43,029 bases of DNA from a virus. Taxonomy: Duplodnaviria; Caudoviricetes. A program made the position numbers and the translations under genes. The stretch spans positions 1 through 43,029 of IMG/VR virus record IMGVR_UViG_3300044795_000055, one strand, 5' to 3'. The notes under the pieces are model-generated. The model saw only the letters and a program-made list of their open reading frames with translations. It was not told the DNA's origin and ran no database searches. Positions 18,488 to 27,294 of the stretch are shown here, piece by piece (the first letter of the stretch is position 1; each line of letters opens with the position of its first letter).

Positions 18488-19141
18488 TTACCTCCGATAA
18501 GCGTCGCGGACCCGCATGCCAAAGAAGGCGTACATTGCCGCCGTGAGTTCCCTGCCGTACTTCTGATAAAAGATGTCCGACTCCGATAGCGACTGCTCAC
18601 CAAACTTCGCCAGGTGCGCGGCGTACCAGGGCACCAACCGTTGGAAGACGATTGGCAGTACCTCGAGATCGGAATTCGTAGTGAGCGGCGGAGGCACCAG
18701 CACCACATCCCAGTCAGAGTTGTAGGGCATGTCAGGGACTGGGTTCAGGTAGACGGTGTTCGCCCCCATCATGGCGAGCGATCCAGGGCGCGTCGCGTAG
18801 AACTGGAATGCCCTGAGTTTGGTGTCCTGCTCAGTGAAGCTGAGATTCCGGCACTTCACCCGCATCGTTCCCCAGTAGATGGTCACTGAGATGACCTCGA
18901 CTACGTTCAGTCCGAGATTGGGTGGGCGACCGCGATTGACGGTCTCCACAATGTTGTACACCTCCTGACCTGCAGGCAGCATGACGTCGGTGACGAGCTG
19001 CCGCAGGCACTTGGTGTCACCCGCGATGCGGATGCGCGCGTCGTTTATATGTTGGGTGAGTACCTCATCTGACCAGAACTGCTTCCTAGCATCGGTCACG
19101 AGGCGGCGAATGCGCGCATTGTAGTCGTCAAGCGCACCCAC
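18488..19141 (-). CDS. Head-tail adaptor protein
   Basis: IRRLVTD....WSDEVLTQHINDA motif, LNPVPD, LVPWYAAHLA; follows the capsid cluster. Confidence 0.75.
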   Translation of the reverse strand: MGALDDYNARIRRLVTDARKQFWSDEVLTQHINDARIRIAGDTKCLRQLVTDVMLPAGQEVYNIVETVNRGRPPNLGLNVVEVISVTIYWGTMRVKCRNLSFTEQDTKLRAFQFYATRPGSLAMMGANTVYLNPVPDMPYNSDWDVVLVPPPLTTNSDLEVLPIVFQRLVPWYAAHLAKFGEQSLSESDIFYQKYGRELTAAMYAFFGMRVRDAYRR

Positions 19142-19151
19142 TCAAGCTCCA

Positions 19152-19646
19152 TCACCACTTCCGTTTGAGGTCATCAGAGGCTGAAAACTTCGGGTCTCCA
19201 GCCTCCGATTTCCTTCCGGGTGGCCCCTTGGGCGCGCCGGGGCGTGTGCCACCGGATTCCTCTTTTTCGTTGTCCTCCTCGTCCTTGCCGGGACCTGGCT
19301 TTGGCGGCTGACCTGGCGGCTGACCGGGCTGCGGCTTCGGATGCTCGCTGGGATCGGTTTCCTGTCCTCCACCCGGTCCATGCTGCTGTACTGAATAGTT
19401 CATCGTTCCCTCCACAAATCGGACCTTGTTGAGTACCGCAAGCGCTTCCTGATAGGTCACGCGATCTTTCAGGATGCCGAGGCAGGCGAGCGCACGTCGC
19501 TTGTCGTCCTGCTCGAGTCCGAAGATATGCCGCGCAGCTTGCATCGGTATTTCAGTAGGCTTACCCGGCGGGAAAACATAGTTCTGTCCTGCGAACCTCC
19601 CCGCCAGTTGGAAGTCGTTGCGGTTAGTGACCTGCACTTCGTTCAT
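19152..19646 (-). CDS. Capsid-associated protein with low-complexity C-terminus
   Basis: ATGA overlap with the capsid stop; P/G/Q and acidic tail. Confidence 0.6.
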   Translation of the reverse strand: MNEVQVTNRNDFQLAGRFAGQNYVFPPGKPTEIPMQAARHIFGLEQDDKRRALACLGILKDRVTYQEALAVLNKVRFVEGTMNYSVQQHGPGGGQETDPSEHPKPQPGQPPGQPPKPGPGKDEEDNEKEESGGTRPGAPKGPPGRKSEAGDPKFSASDDLKRKW

Positions 19647-20674
19647 AGGCCCGAGACTCCTTGGAACCCGGTGATGCGTGCGCAGGTCTTCGGCTTGGTG
19701 TTCACGATCTGCCAGCAATTCACGACGACGCCCAGGTATCCCAGTTGGAAGTTGGGGATCGTGCTTTCAAAGCCTGAGAAATTAAATGCGGCTTGATCGT
19801 GCCAGTACCCTGACAGGTAGTTGTTGTTGATCATGTAGATCGTGCCAGCGTCGGCTTGCGGCACATAGGGGTCCATGTAGATCGGCATGCCCGCGACGTC
19901 GAGCGCTTTGAATGCGGCGCGTGGCCTATCGCCATCCGAATCAAACGCATTTCCCGGCGTTATGACGTAACTTTCGGCACCGACAAAGTCCTGCGCGAGC
20001 GCTGCCCAGGTGGCTGCGTCAGTCACCCCAAACGAGGCATGCTCTCCACAGAAGTTGGAAAGCCCGACCTGCCACTGCAGTACTAACTTGCGAGTGGGTG
20101 ACACCCCGCCGCCGGGGCGCACATACGACTGCCACCATGTGTTCGCTGTGCGGTCGATGCCTCCATATACTGGACACTCCGTTCCGTCGTCTATGGCGGC
20201 GTCGAGACCTAACGCATGTTGGTTCGCAATGTTGGTGTTCGCGTAAGCGTCGGTCGCCATCAGATGCATCGTTGCGTTGGTCGCATCGTTCATGCGCGCC
20301 TGAATCAACGGAATGACAGCGTGGTCGATCTGCACCAGACCTTCGGTTCCGAGGAACGGGATCGGTGTCAGGACCAGCTGCAGATTGAATTCAGCGTTCT
20401 GCACACCCTGCAGTGAGGGTGGCGGCGCGAAGCTGCCGTCGTATCCCGCAGCGGATGCCACGACCATCGGGCTACCCTGCACCGGCACCGTGATGGAACT
20501 AACACCACCACCCGCCGACTGGGCGTTAGCGATGAGCGAAGCCATCAGGGGACTTGCATTATAGATCTGAATTATTAGCTGTGGGATAAACGCCCGGCGC
20601 GTAATACTTGCGAGTTCGTTGAACTGCGGAGCTTGCGCGGGTAGTTGGGGAAGCAGACCACCGGGGACTGGCAT
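19643..20674 (-). CDS. Major capsid protein (HK97 fold)
   Basis: 343 aa; IYNASPLM, GLDAAIDDG, YGGIDR..NTWW, GMPIYMDPYVP..GTIYMINN motifs; strong RBS GGAGGT; follows scaffold. Confidence 0.85.
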   Translation of the reverse strand: MPVPGGLLPQLPAQAPQFNELASITRRAFIPQLIIQIYNASPLMASLIANAQSAGGGVSSITVPVQGSPMVVASAAGYDGSFAPPPSLQGVQNAEFNLQLVLTPIPFLGTEGLVQIDHAVIPLIQARMNDATNATMHLMATDAYANTNIANQHALGLDAAIDDGTECPVYGGIDRTANTWWQSYVRPGGGVSPTRKLVLQWQVGLSNFCGEHASFGVTDAATWAALAQDFVGAESYVITPGNAFDSDGDRPRAAFKALDVAGMPIYMDPYVPQADAGTIYMINNNYLSGYWHDQAAFNFSGFESTIPNFQLGYLGVVVNCWQIVNTKPKTCARITGFQGVSGL

Positions 20675-20688
20675 AACCTAACCTCCAC

Positions 20689-21219
20689 TTACCTGCCGCG
20701 CGCCCGCCGCAGCATGTCAGCGATACCTTGATTGGCGATTTCGAGACCCTTGCGACGGTTCTCGCTGGCAGAATGTTTGCGCCAGTCGTACTCACCGTCC
20801 TGAGTAGCATTCAACGGCAGGCCCGCGAACGGAGCTGCGCCAGGGACTGCGGTCTCGCGTTGCAACCCGGCGATTCTCAGTGCCGTGTCGAAGGAACACT
20901 TCTCATCGATCACGATCTTTTCGATCTCTTCGGGATCGAAGCCCGCGTCGCGAGAGCGCTGCGCCTCTTCAGCGCGCCGCCGCCGCAGATGTTCATCGCG
21001 ACGGTGTTCCTCCTGTTTCGCTTCCCATTCCTCGCGCTTCTTCGCCTCTGCCTCGATCTTGTCCTGCAGATCGATCTCAGGGAGATGCAGGGTCTTATCG
21101 ACCTTGCGCGCTAAGCGCTTCGCGGCCTCGACAATTTCGGGATCTTTCGCCTCGAGTACCATCTCGCCATAGCGCAGATGTTTGAGCTGCAGAGGCGTGA
21201 GGTCTTCGATACCCGCCAT
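20689..21219 (-). CDS. Scaffolding protein (putative)
   Basis: Charged coiled-coil protein immediately upstream of the capsid gene. Confidence 0.65.
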   Translation of the reverse strand: MAGIEDLTPLQLKHLRYGEMVLEAKDPEIVEAAKRLARKVDKTLHLPEIDLQDKIEAEAKKREEWEAKQEEHRRDEHLRRRRAEEAQRSRDAGFDPEEIEKIVIDEKCSFDTALRIAGLQRETAVPGAAPFAGLPLNATQDGEYDWRKHSASENRRKGLEIANQGIADMLRRARGR

Positions 21220-21359
21220 TACTTTCTCCTGCCGCGACTAGTAGTTCCGTGCGGCGCGCGACCGACGTTGCGGCGCGGCTGACGTGGACTGATCGGACTG
21301 GTGGCGCGCGCCCCCCAGTTCCTGCCGAAACCACCGGCACCCGTTGTTCCTCGTGGCAT
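21219..21359 (-). CDS. 46-aa basic Arg/Gly-rich peptide (not in ORF track)
   Basis: RBS GAGGAG; MPRGTTGAGGFGRNWGARATSPISPRQPRRNVGRAPHGTTSRGRRK; TAATG coupling to scaffold. Confidence 0.7.
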   Translation of the reverse strand: MPRGTTGAGGFGRNWGARATSPISPRQPRRNVGRAPHGTTSRGRRK

Positions 21360-21361
21360 GG

Positions 21362-21490
21362 CTATCTCCTCGTGGTGCGTCGCGTCGATCTCGCCGCAGC
21401 CTGACGCAGCGGCGCGCGCGTAGTTGGAATCGCCATCTGGCGACCCGTCCGCATCCAGCTCTCCGGTATCACCCGCCGACCGTTGCTCAC
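21362..21490 (-). CDS. 42-aa basic peptide (not in ORF track)
   Basis: GTGA overlap with upstream stop; MSNGRRVIPESWMRTGRQMAIPTTRAPLRQAAARSTRRTTRR; stop lies 2 nt before the next ATG. Confidence 0.5.
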   Translation of the reverse strand: MSNGRRVIPESWMRTGRQMAIPTTRAPLRQAAARSTRRTTRR

Positions 21491-21675
21491 ACCGTGTCCC
21501 CCGGTTTGGTCAGCCGCTTGTCGTTCTTGCTGAAGCCTTTCCTGGCGGATGAGAACCCGCCCATCTCCAAGTAGCGGGGCGGATTGCGATTACGCCCATG
21601 CTCCTTGGCGTTGGATGTTGGATCACGCAGGGATCCGGCATTCGGACCTAAGAACTTACGACCACCTTGAGCCAT
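21487..21675 (-). CDS. 62-aa basic head-module protein
   Basis: RBS AAGGAG; MAQGGRKFLGP...NPPRY...GGFS. Confidence 0.7.
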   Translation of the reverse strand: MAQGGRKFLGPNAGSLRDPTSNAKEHGRNRNPPRYLEMGGFSSARKGFSKNDKRLTKPGDTV

Positions 21676-21685
21676 GACTAACTCC

Positions 21686-22159
21686 TTACATCGGTTGTGG
21701 GCCACCCGGCGGACCACCTGGCGGCAAGCCACCGGGCGCTCCCCCTGGCGGCGGACCTCCGCCACCACCACCGGCAGCGGGCGACTGATCCATGAGTGCG
21801 GACTTGAGTTCTGCCGCCATTGGCTTTTGCGCCAGTTCTTCGGTAGGTCCGAATTCTTTGGCGAGCGCAGAGAGCGCTTTCAGGACAGCTCGCCCGCGCG
21901 TTGTGTGCGAGCGAAAGATCGACACCGCATCTTCTAGGGTACGGATGGCAACTTGGACTTTGCTGTCAGCGGCGGCTTCATCGCCACGCGCGGCCTGTGG
22001 TGCCATGGCTGGCGCGCCGCCAGGAGTTGGCGGACCACCCGCTCCCATCGGAGGAGGTGGCGGCGGCATACCGGGAGGCGCACCGGGGGGCGCTCCGCCA
22101 GGTGGCGGCGCTCCGGGGGGACCACCGGGAGGTGGAAGTTGATCAGCGGGGGTAGACAT
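21686..22159 (-). CDS. Pro/Gly-rich head-module protein with a central helical core
   Basis: PPGG repeats flanking KVQVAIRTLEDAV...VLKALSALAKEFG. Confidence 0.7.
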   Translation of the reverse strand: MSTPADQLPPPGGPPGAPPPGGAPPGAPPGMPPPPPPMGAGGPPTPGGAPAMAPQAARGDEAAADSKVQVAIRTLEDAVSIFRSHTTRGRAVLKALSALAKEFGPTEELAQKPMAAELKSALMDQSPAAGGGGGGPPPGGAPGGLPPGGPPGGPQPM

Positions 22160-22167
22160 CCCCGGCT

Positions 22168-22266
22168 GGCAGTGCGCGCAGAGATTGCGCGCGCCTGCAG
22201 CGGGCTGTCAAGAACGACGGGAAACCCAGTGCCCCGTCGACACCGGGTTTCCTTGCACTGCCGTTC
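22168..22266 (-). promoter_or_regulatory. Structured intergenic RNA element (long hairpin, alternative pairings) with TTGACA box
   Basis: GGAAACCC/GGGTTTCC stem (22220-22252), outer 7-bp stem, competing GGCAGTGC/GCACTGCC pairing, TTGACA at 22211-22206. Confidence 0.5.
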
Positions 22267-22269
22267 CTT

Positions 22270-22332
22270 CTACCTGCGGCGACGACGTCCGCGACGCAAA
22301 CGTCGCAGCCGTCTTCGGCGTCGTCTTGCCAT
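22270..22332 (-). CDS. Protamine-like peptide B, 20 aa, 75% Arg (not in ORF track)
   Basis: RBS AGGAGG then ATG; MARRRRRRLRRLRRGRRRRR; mixed Arg codons. Confidence 0.78.
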   Translation of the reverse strand: MARRRRRRLRRLRRGRRRRR

Positions 22333-22423
22333 GGCGGGATCCTCCTGTAGGCACCGGGTCGGTATGTGCTACGACCCAGGTTCAGCGAGTACCCCAGCGC
22401 GCTGGCGCGACTCTACAACCGCA

Positions 22424-22507
22424 TCAACGTCCGCGTCTACGCCTGCGATTCCTGATAGCCCGACGAGTCATTCGCAAACGACGACCCCGACGACGACGAC
22501 GTGGCAT
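22424..22507 (-). CDS. Protamine-like peptide A, 27 aa, 63% Arg (not in ORF track)
   Basis: RBS AGGAGGT right after the portal stop; MPRRRRRGRRLRMTRRAIRNRRRRRGR. Confidence 0.78.
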   Translation of the reverse strand: MPRRRRRGRRLRMTRRAIRNRRRRRGR

Positions 22508-22522
22508 GACACACCTCCTGCT

Positions 22523-24319
22523 CTATGTACCTTCTGTTTGCTCCCCGGCACCATTACTCGAGCGCTTACCCTTCGTGCGCCCGCGAATTCCAGCCATTTC
22601 CGCTTTCTTCAGTTCAAATTCCTGTTGCTCTTTATGAGCTGCCGCCTCGCTGGGTTCGATGACGCTCTCCAGCTCGTGGATGAGCAACTGCCGCTCAGGC
22701 ACCGGCAGCATCTCCAGCAACGTCCTGCGCGTGATTGCTTTCGCTTTGAATAGCTGGAAGGCGAGAGCGGTGGTGTCGTCCGCGAAAATTGGACTGTTGC
22801 TGTGTGCTGTCACCTTGACCAAAAAGTCCTTCGTAAACTGGTGCAGCAGGAAGGGTTCGGTCTGTGGCTTGCCGGGGTCGACCGGAGCTTCCAAAAGCGT
22901 CGGGTCGTACTTCATCGCCACCCGCAGATAAGTTGTAGCCAAAGCCTCTAGACTGTCCTCGATGACTAGGGCACGCTTGCGAGCGCGTGATGATCCGAGC
23001 TTGGCGAGGTCCATGACGTGCCCCCCGGCACGGACGCCGGTGGGGTTCTTGCCCTGTGTGATGGGCGGCAGGCCCGACATCGTTTCAAACATCTCATCGA
23101 TCTTGTTCAGCCGTTCGTAGAGATCGGACGAGATCTCGATCTTGATGCGCTCAGCTTTTGGTCCGCCCGCTCCGGTGCCGGCGGGGTCTGGTTGGTTCAA
23201 GAACCCGCCGGGGGTGTCCAAGACGTACTGGAGTTCCGCGAGGTCACCAGGGAATCCGCTCGACGTCGAAGGCGGATGCGCCTGGAGATCCTGCAAGTGT
23301 TCGATCTGCGCCAGCACCCGGTTGCGATAGGACTGCAGCGGTTGTAGCCGCTCGACCTCACTCATGCCCCAGAAGTACCCCGGATCCGGGTTTGGGCAGA
23401 TCTGAACGAAGGGACACTCCTGTGGAATCCACCCGGTCTCCGACAGCGGACGGTCGAAGATGGGCACATCGGGGTCAGCGAGCGTGACCAATCGATAGTC
23501 GCGCAGCTCATCGTCGTAGACGTACAGCTCGCACATCTCGATGAGTTCCTCGCGCACCCGTGGCACATACTGCATCGAGACCGCAGACAGCCAATCCACC
23601 TGGGCAGCTCCGGTGCCGTGACCTGAGATGGTCCCGAGCGGGGCTTGGCTCGCCATAATGATGCGGTCGACGCCTGCCTCTTGGGTTTCCACCAGGCCGG
23701 AAGCTTGTTTGGGCAGGTCCTTCAGGATGGACTCGAGGCGCGGCAAGCCATCGAAGTTGTTGCGAAACTCCCCTTCGGTCATCTTGTACCAATGGCAGAA
23801 CGCTTCCTGGCGATTCAGCATCGCGACATCCTCGCGCAGCACCCCGAAGTTGTGCGGGTAGACGAGACCTGGATAGTGCTGATCACCTCGCCACATGGGC
23901 TTGATGAACATGCTGTCGTAGACGAGAGCGAGCAGCAGTCCGTTGCTGAAGATCAGATCGGTGTCCGACTGGTGCCAGACGTCGTTGATGTACTCGTTGA
24001 TCTTCGGCACCCAGGACATGTAGGGCTTCGGCACCCCAGCTCCCACCTGGCACGAGAAGCGCGTGGTCTCCTGGGCGTAGAGAAAGCTCGTGAGCTGATC
24101 GAGGTGAGGCCAGATGCGATTCGCTGGGGGTGGACCCATGTTCAAATCGACATTCATGTTCTCTGGCGAACCGTCTGTTCCGTAAAGCCAGTAGAAGCGC
24201 CGCGCGGTGTATTGATTGCGCCGCTCGCTGCGCGACACTCGGCAACGGTCGACCAGCTCCCTGAAGAAGTCGAAGCGCTTGAACTTGTCGCGCTTTTTGG
24301 TGCCTTCGGGGATCTTCAT
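22523..24319 (-). CDS. Portal protein
   Basis: 598 aa; NRIWPHLDQLTSFL, YFWGMSEVERL..LQ, MSGLPPITQG motifs typical of podovirus portals; between TerL and scaffold. Confidence 0.85.
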   Translation of the reverse strand: MKIPEGTKKRDKFKRFDFFRELVDRCRVSRSERRNQYTARRFYWLYGTDGSPENMNVDLNMGPPPANRIWPHLDQLTSFLYAQETTRFSCQVGAGVPKPYMSWVPKINEYINDVWHQSDTDLIFSNGLLLALVYDSMFIKPMWRGDQHYPGLVYPHNFGVLREDVAMLNRQEAFCHWYKMTEGEFRNNFDGLPRLESILKDLPKQASGLVETQEAGVDRIIMASQAPLGTISGHGTGAAQVDWLSAVSMQYVPRVREELIEMCELYVYDDELRDYRLVTLADPDVPIFDRPLSETGWIPQECPFVQICPNPDPGYFWGMSEVERLQPLQSYRNRVLAQIEHLQDLQAHPPSTSSGFPGDLAELQYVLDTPGGFLNQPDPAGTGAGGPKAERIKIEISSDLYERLNKIDEMFETMSGLPPITQGKNPTGVRAGGHVMDLAKLGSSRARKRALVIEDSLEALATTYLRVAMKYDPTLLEAPVDPGKPQTEPFLLHQFTKDFLVKVTAHSNSPIFADDTTALAFQLFKAKAITRRTLLEMLPVPERQLLIHELESVIEPSEAAAHKEQQEFELKKAEMAGIRGRTKGKRSSNGAGEQTEGT

Positions 24320-24801
24320 CGCTCGCGCACCCGGCTGACCGAGACCCCGTACTGGTTCATCGGCAGAGGCTCGCGCGGCGGGGAAGCGACATGTATCGCT
24401 TTGCCGCTCGTCTTATCCCGCCGCCACTCGTGCGGGTTGTAGGGATTGCCGAAGCCAGCATTCACGAGTTCGTTCGCCCGGTGCGTCATGCCAGCGAGGT
24501 AGTTACCCATCGGCATCGCCCGCGCCGCTATTCCTGAGCGCTTGTAGTTACGATCCGCGACCGAGTCCCCAGGTCGCGAGGGCGAAGTGTCGATGTCGGA
24601 GAGTCCCTGGAGGTCCGCCATCTCGCGCACCAGGCGCGAAGCCATGCGAACGCGCGGACTCGAGATAACCGGCGGCGTGAGAAACACCAGTTTTACGAAG
24701 GAGGGCGAGCAACCGTGCGGACACCAGGGAGTCTCGCCCGCCTCGACGCGAGTCTCGAAAGCGCCGTGCGCGGCGCACTCAAAGTTGTGAGTGACTGCCA
24801 T
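24316..24801 (-). CDS. FmdB-like zinc-ribbon protein
   Basis: N-terminal FEC..HG.FE...CPHGC followed by VKLVFLTPP. Confidence 0.65.
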   Translation of the reverse strand: MAVTHNFECAAHGAFETRVEAGETPWCPHGCSPSFVKLVFLTPPVISSPRVRMASRLVREMADLQGLSDIDTSPSRPGDSVADRNYKRSGIAARAMPMGNYLAGMTHRANELVNAGFGNPYNPHEWRRDKTSGKAIHVASPPREPLPMNQYGVSVSRVRER

Positions 24802-25168
24802 CGCACGGCACCCTGAGAGGCGCGGGTCGCTCGCGAGGCACGAGTCGCAAACGGCGCGCCTTCAGGTCGTAGATCCAGTGAGTGCCTGGCACTAGCGGCT
24901 TGGGTTCAGCCGCAAGCACCGCTCGACCGGCATGCCAGGGTTTGCCTGGAGTGGGAATCAGCTCGCCAGAGAGAATGCGCTCGATCTGGCGCGAGGCCCG
25001 AATCTGTTCGCTTTGATAGATCCACTCGCGCCCGTCCGCCTTGCGACTGACAGCGGATGCGGTGTGCTGAAAGCCGAGCGTGCGCCCGAGCAGGTTGGTA
25101 GACCAACCATGCTCACGACGCAGTGCCGTCAGCCAGTAGCGGATCTCGTCACAAGACATCCGAGACAT
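24779..25168 (-). CDS. HTH DNA-binding protein
   Basis: LRREHGWSTNLLGRTLGF...SAVSR resembles a Cro/XRE-type HTH. Confidence 0.55.
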   Translation of the reverse strand: MSRMSCDEIRYWLTALRREHGWSTNLLGRTLGFQHTASAVSRKADGREWIYQSEQIRASRQIERILSGELIPTPGKPWHAGRAVLAAEPKPLVPGTHWIYDLKARRLRLVPRERPAPLRVPCDGSHSQL

Positions 25169-25201
25169 CGGTCTCCCGATGCCCCGGCGCGCGAGCGGAC
25201 T

Positions 25202-25444
25202 CTACCCCTTCGGGCGGCGTCGACTCAAGGCAATTGCCACAAGCCCGGTCGCCAGTAGTACTAAAGTCGGGGGTTCCGGCACGCTGTGAGTGTCATCGCA
25301 ATCGTGATCACCATCGGGGGCTAAGCAGGCGCAGTTGTCGCAGTCGGCAGGATCCATCTCGTGCCGCTGCGGGAACTTGTCGTGCTTGATGAACACATCA
25401 TTCGGTCCCTGCTGCAAAAGCGCAGCTGCCACTAATTCGATCAT
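25202..25444 (-). CDS. PEP-CTERM sorting-domain mini-protein
   Basis: C-terminal VPEPPTLVLLATGLVAIALSRRR: PEP motif, transmembrane helix, Arg cluster; TAATG-coupled to TerL. Confidence 0.8.
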   Translation of the reverse strand: MIELVAAALLQQGPNDVFIKHDKFPQRHEMDPADCDNCACLAPDGDHDCDDTHSVPEPPTLVLLATGLVAIALSRRRPKG

Positions 25445-27294
25445 TAGCGCCTCCTCGTGAGCATTCTAATCGGCGGCACTGTCGGCCTGGGCACCAACCC
25501 CAATAACTGCTTCTGCCGCTCCGCAAGCTGCTGATAGAACGACGCCACCCGTGGCGCACCCATCTTCTGCTCAGCGGCATAGTTCACGTTTCCCGCCGCT
25601 AGACGGGCGCGCAACTTCTCGTGCCACATGTAGACCGCAAGCGCTGCGGCAATGACCCGGTCGTCTTTGTGACGCGCGCTGCCACCTGGCGCGCAGCCAG
25701 GTTCCTGGGTGATCCACCGCATCTCATCGAGCAGAGGCTTGCTGTGGCACACCGCAAAGCCGCGCCGGAAGTAGCCCTTGAAGAGATCCATGTACCTGTT
25801 TTTTTCTTTCAGCGTGCTTTGCGTTCCTCGAGCGATGGGATTGCGGTTGAGCGAGTCGAATCTCGTGTAGAGAAACTCGGTCATGCCACCCAGGAAGTTG
25901 TTCATCATCTGGCGCGTCTTGGTGTCCCCGATGTAGCGACCGCGACGCAAGTTGTCGACTTCAGCCAGGACTGCCGCGCCGGGACCTGTGATCTCAAGGT
26001 TCCAGGCGCATGGCGCGTACATCGCGCACAGATACACGATCACCCAGGCGAAAGCGTAGGGTTCGTAATCCGCTACCCGGAACTCAGCCACTTGCTCGAT
26101 ACGGTCGAACCAGCAACGCCAGACGCTCACGCAAAAGGCATCAGCCCAGTCGCTCGACCCATAGGCAGGGTCCGCTCCCAGCACATAGCGCCCGTTCTCG
26201 ATTGGCGAAGCGAACACACCCAGGTTGGCTATCCGGGGCGGCACTTCCGAGATGCGAGTGTGGGATAACTCCTCGCCCAGCTCTATCCGCATCGGCGTCG
26301 GTTGGTCCTCGCGGGTCACCCGTCGCATGTTGATCGTGAGATCTTTGGATGCGAAGTACTGACTGCCCGTGGTCACAAAGGCTTGCTCTGCTATCCACGG
26401 CATTTCTTGTTTCGCCATGTCAGGATCCGCGACTTTTTCTTCCGAATACCACCTGTACCAGGCAACTTGTTCCGGTGAGATCTCCTTCGTTCCCCACACA
26501 AACTCCATCACATCACCGTGGAGCGCCGCGACTTCACGCGCGAGCTCGCGCTCTTCACCAGTCATGTGTCCCTGCGTGCCCCAGTACACCTTGAACATGT
26601 TGGAATCGCGCGAGACCCGGTACATCTCGTGCGCCCACCACGACACAAAGATAGCGCGCTGCGTGATTGCTTTGTCCGCGATGCGCCACTGCTCCTCGAA
26701 ACCGTTAAATCCGTTGGCAGTCGACTCCCACAGAAACAATCTCACCGGGTTGATCTCAGCGAGCGAATTCTTCAGCGACTGGAAACTGCCTTGGTCCGCC
26801 CAGTAGGCGACCTCCGTGCCGTGACAGAAAGCATTGCCCTTGGCGCGGCCAAGCTTCACCGACTGTCCCATGCGCGTGCCAGCGATCTGATACTGCAGCC
26901 GCGACATCTTGCCGTTCTTGTGGCGGAACACGAACTCCGAGCGGTTGTGCGCGGGAGAGAAAGGCTTATAAGCCTTCGGCAAGTTGTGATAGAACTCGGT
27001 GAGCGTGGTCCTGAAGTTGACGAAGGTCTGCTCGTCCTGGGTGACCAATGTGCCATCCATGCCGCCATGAACGAATAGCCAATATAGATCTAGCGCCAGG
27101 AACACCGTCGACGCGCCGAGCTGTCGACATTTGAGAATCGTAAAGTCGTGGACCTCGTCCTCGAGTCCCTCAGCGATGCACTTGATGATCCAACGCTGCG
27201 GACCATAAGGCCGCGCCAGCCGTATCGACCCCATCTCTTTCGAGTTGATCGTCAGGCGCGAGCAGAACTTCCAGAAGTCCGCAACCGGAAACAT
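25444..27294 (-). CDS. terL: Terminase large subunit
   Basis: Walker A ILKCRQLGAST, HGTEVAYW, ESTANG, nuclease LGADPA and HKDDRVIA motifs. Confidence 0.93.
   Translation of the reverse strand: MFPVADFWKFCSRLTINSKEMGSIRLARPYGPQRWIIKCIAEGLEDEVHDFTILKCRQLGASTVFLALDLYWLFVHGGMDGTLVTQDEQTFVNFRTTLTEFYHNLPKAYKPFSPAHNRSEFVFRHKNGKMSRLQYQIAGTRMGQSVKLGRAKGNAFCHGTEVAYWADQGSFQSLKNSLAEINPVRLFLWESTANGFNGFEEQWRIADKAITQRAIFVSWWAHEMYRVSRDSNMFKVYWGTQGHMTGEERELAREVAALHGDVMEFVWGTKEISPEQVAWYRWYSEEKVADPDMAKQEMPWIAEQAFVTTGSQYFASKDLTINMRRVTREDQPTPMRIELGEELSHTRISEVPPRIANLGVFASPIENGRYVLGADPAYGSSDWADAFCVSVWRCWFDRIEQVAEFRVADYEPYAFAWVIVYLCAMYAPCAWNLEITGPGAAVLAEVDNLRRGRYIGDTKTRQMMNNFLGGMTEFLYTRFDSLNRNPIARGTQSTLKEKNRYMDLFKGYFRRGFAVCHSKPLLDEMRWITQEPGCAPGGSARHKDDRVIAAALAVYMWHEKLRARLAAGNVNYAAEQKMGAPRVASFYQQLAERQKQLLGLVPRPTVPPIRMLTRRR

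Noticed and set aside
19142-19381. Alternative-frame basic ORF inside 19152-19646
   Set aside because: No clear RBS; explained as a frame shadow of the Pro/Gly-rich tail.
22470-22502. (CGT)n run as a simple microsatellite
   Set aside because: Lies in an RBS-led ORF with mixed Arg codons; reported as coding instead.
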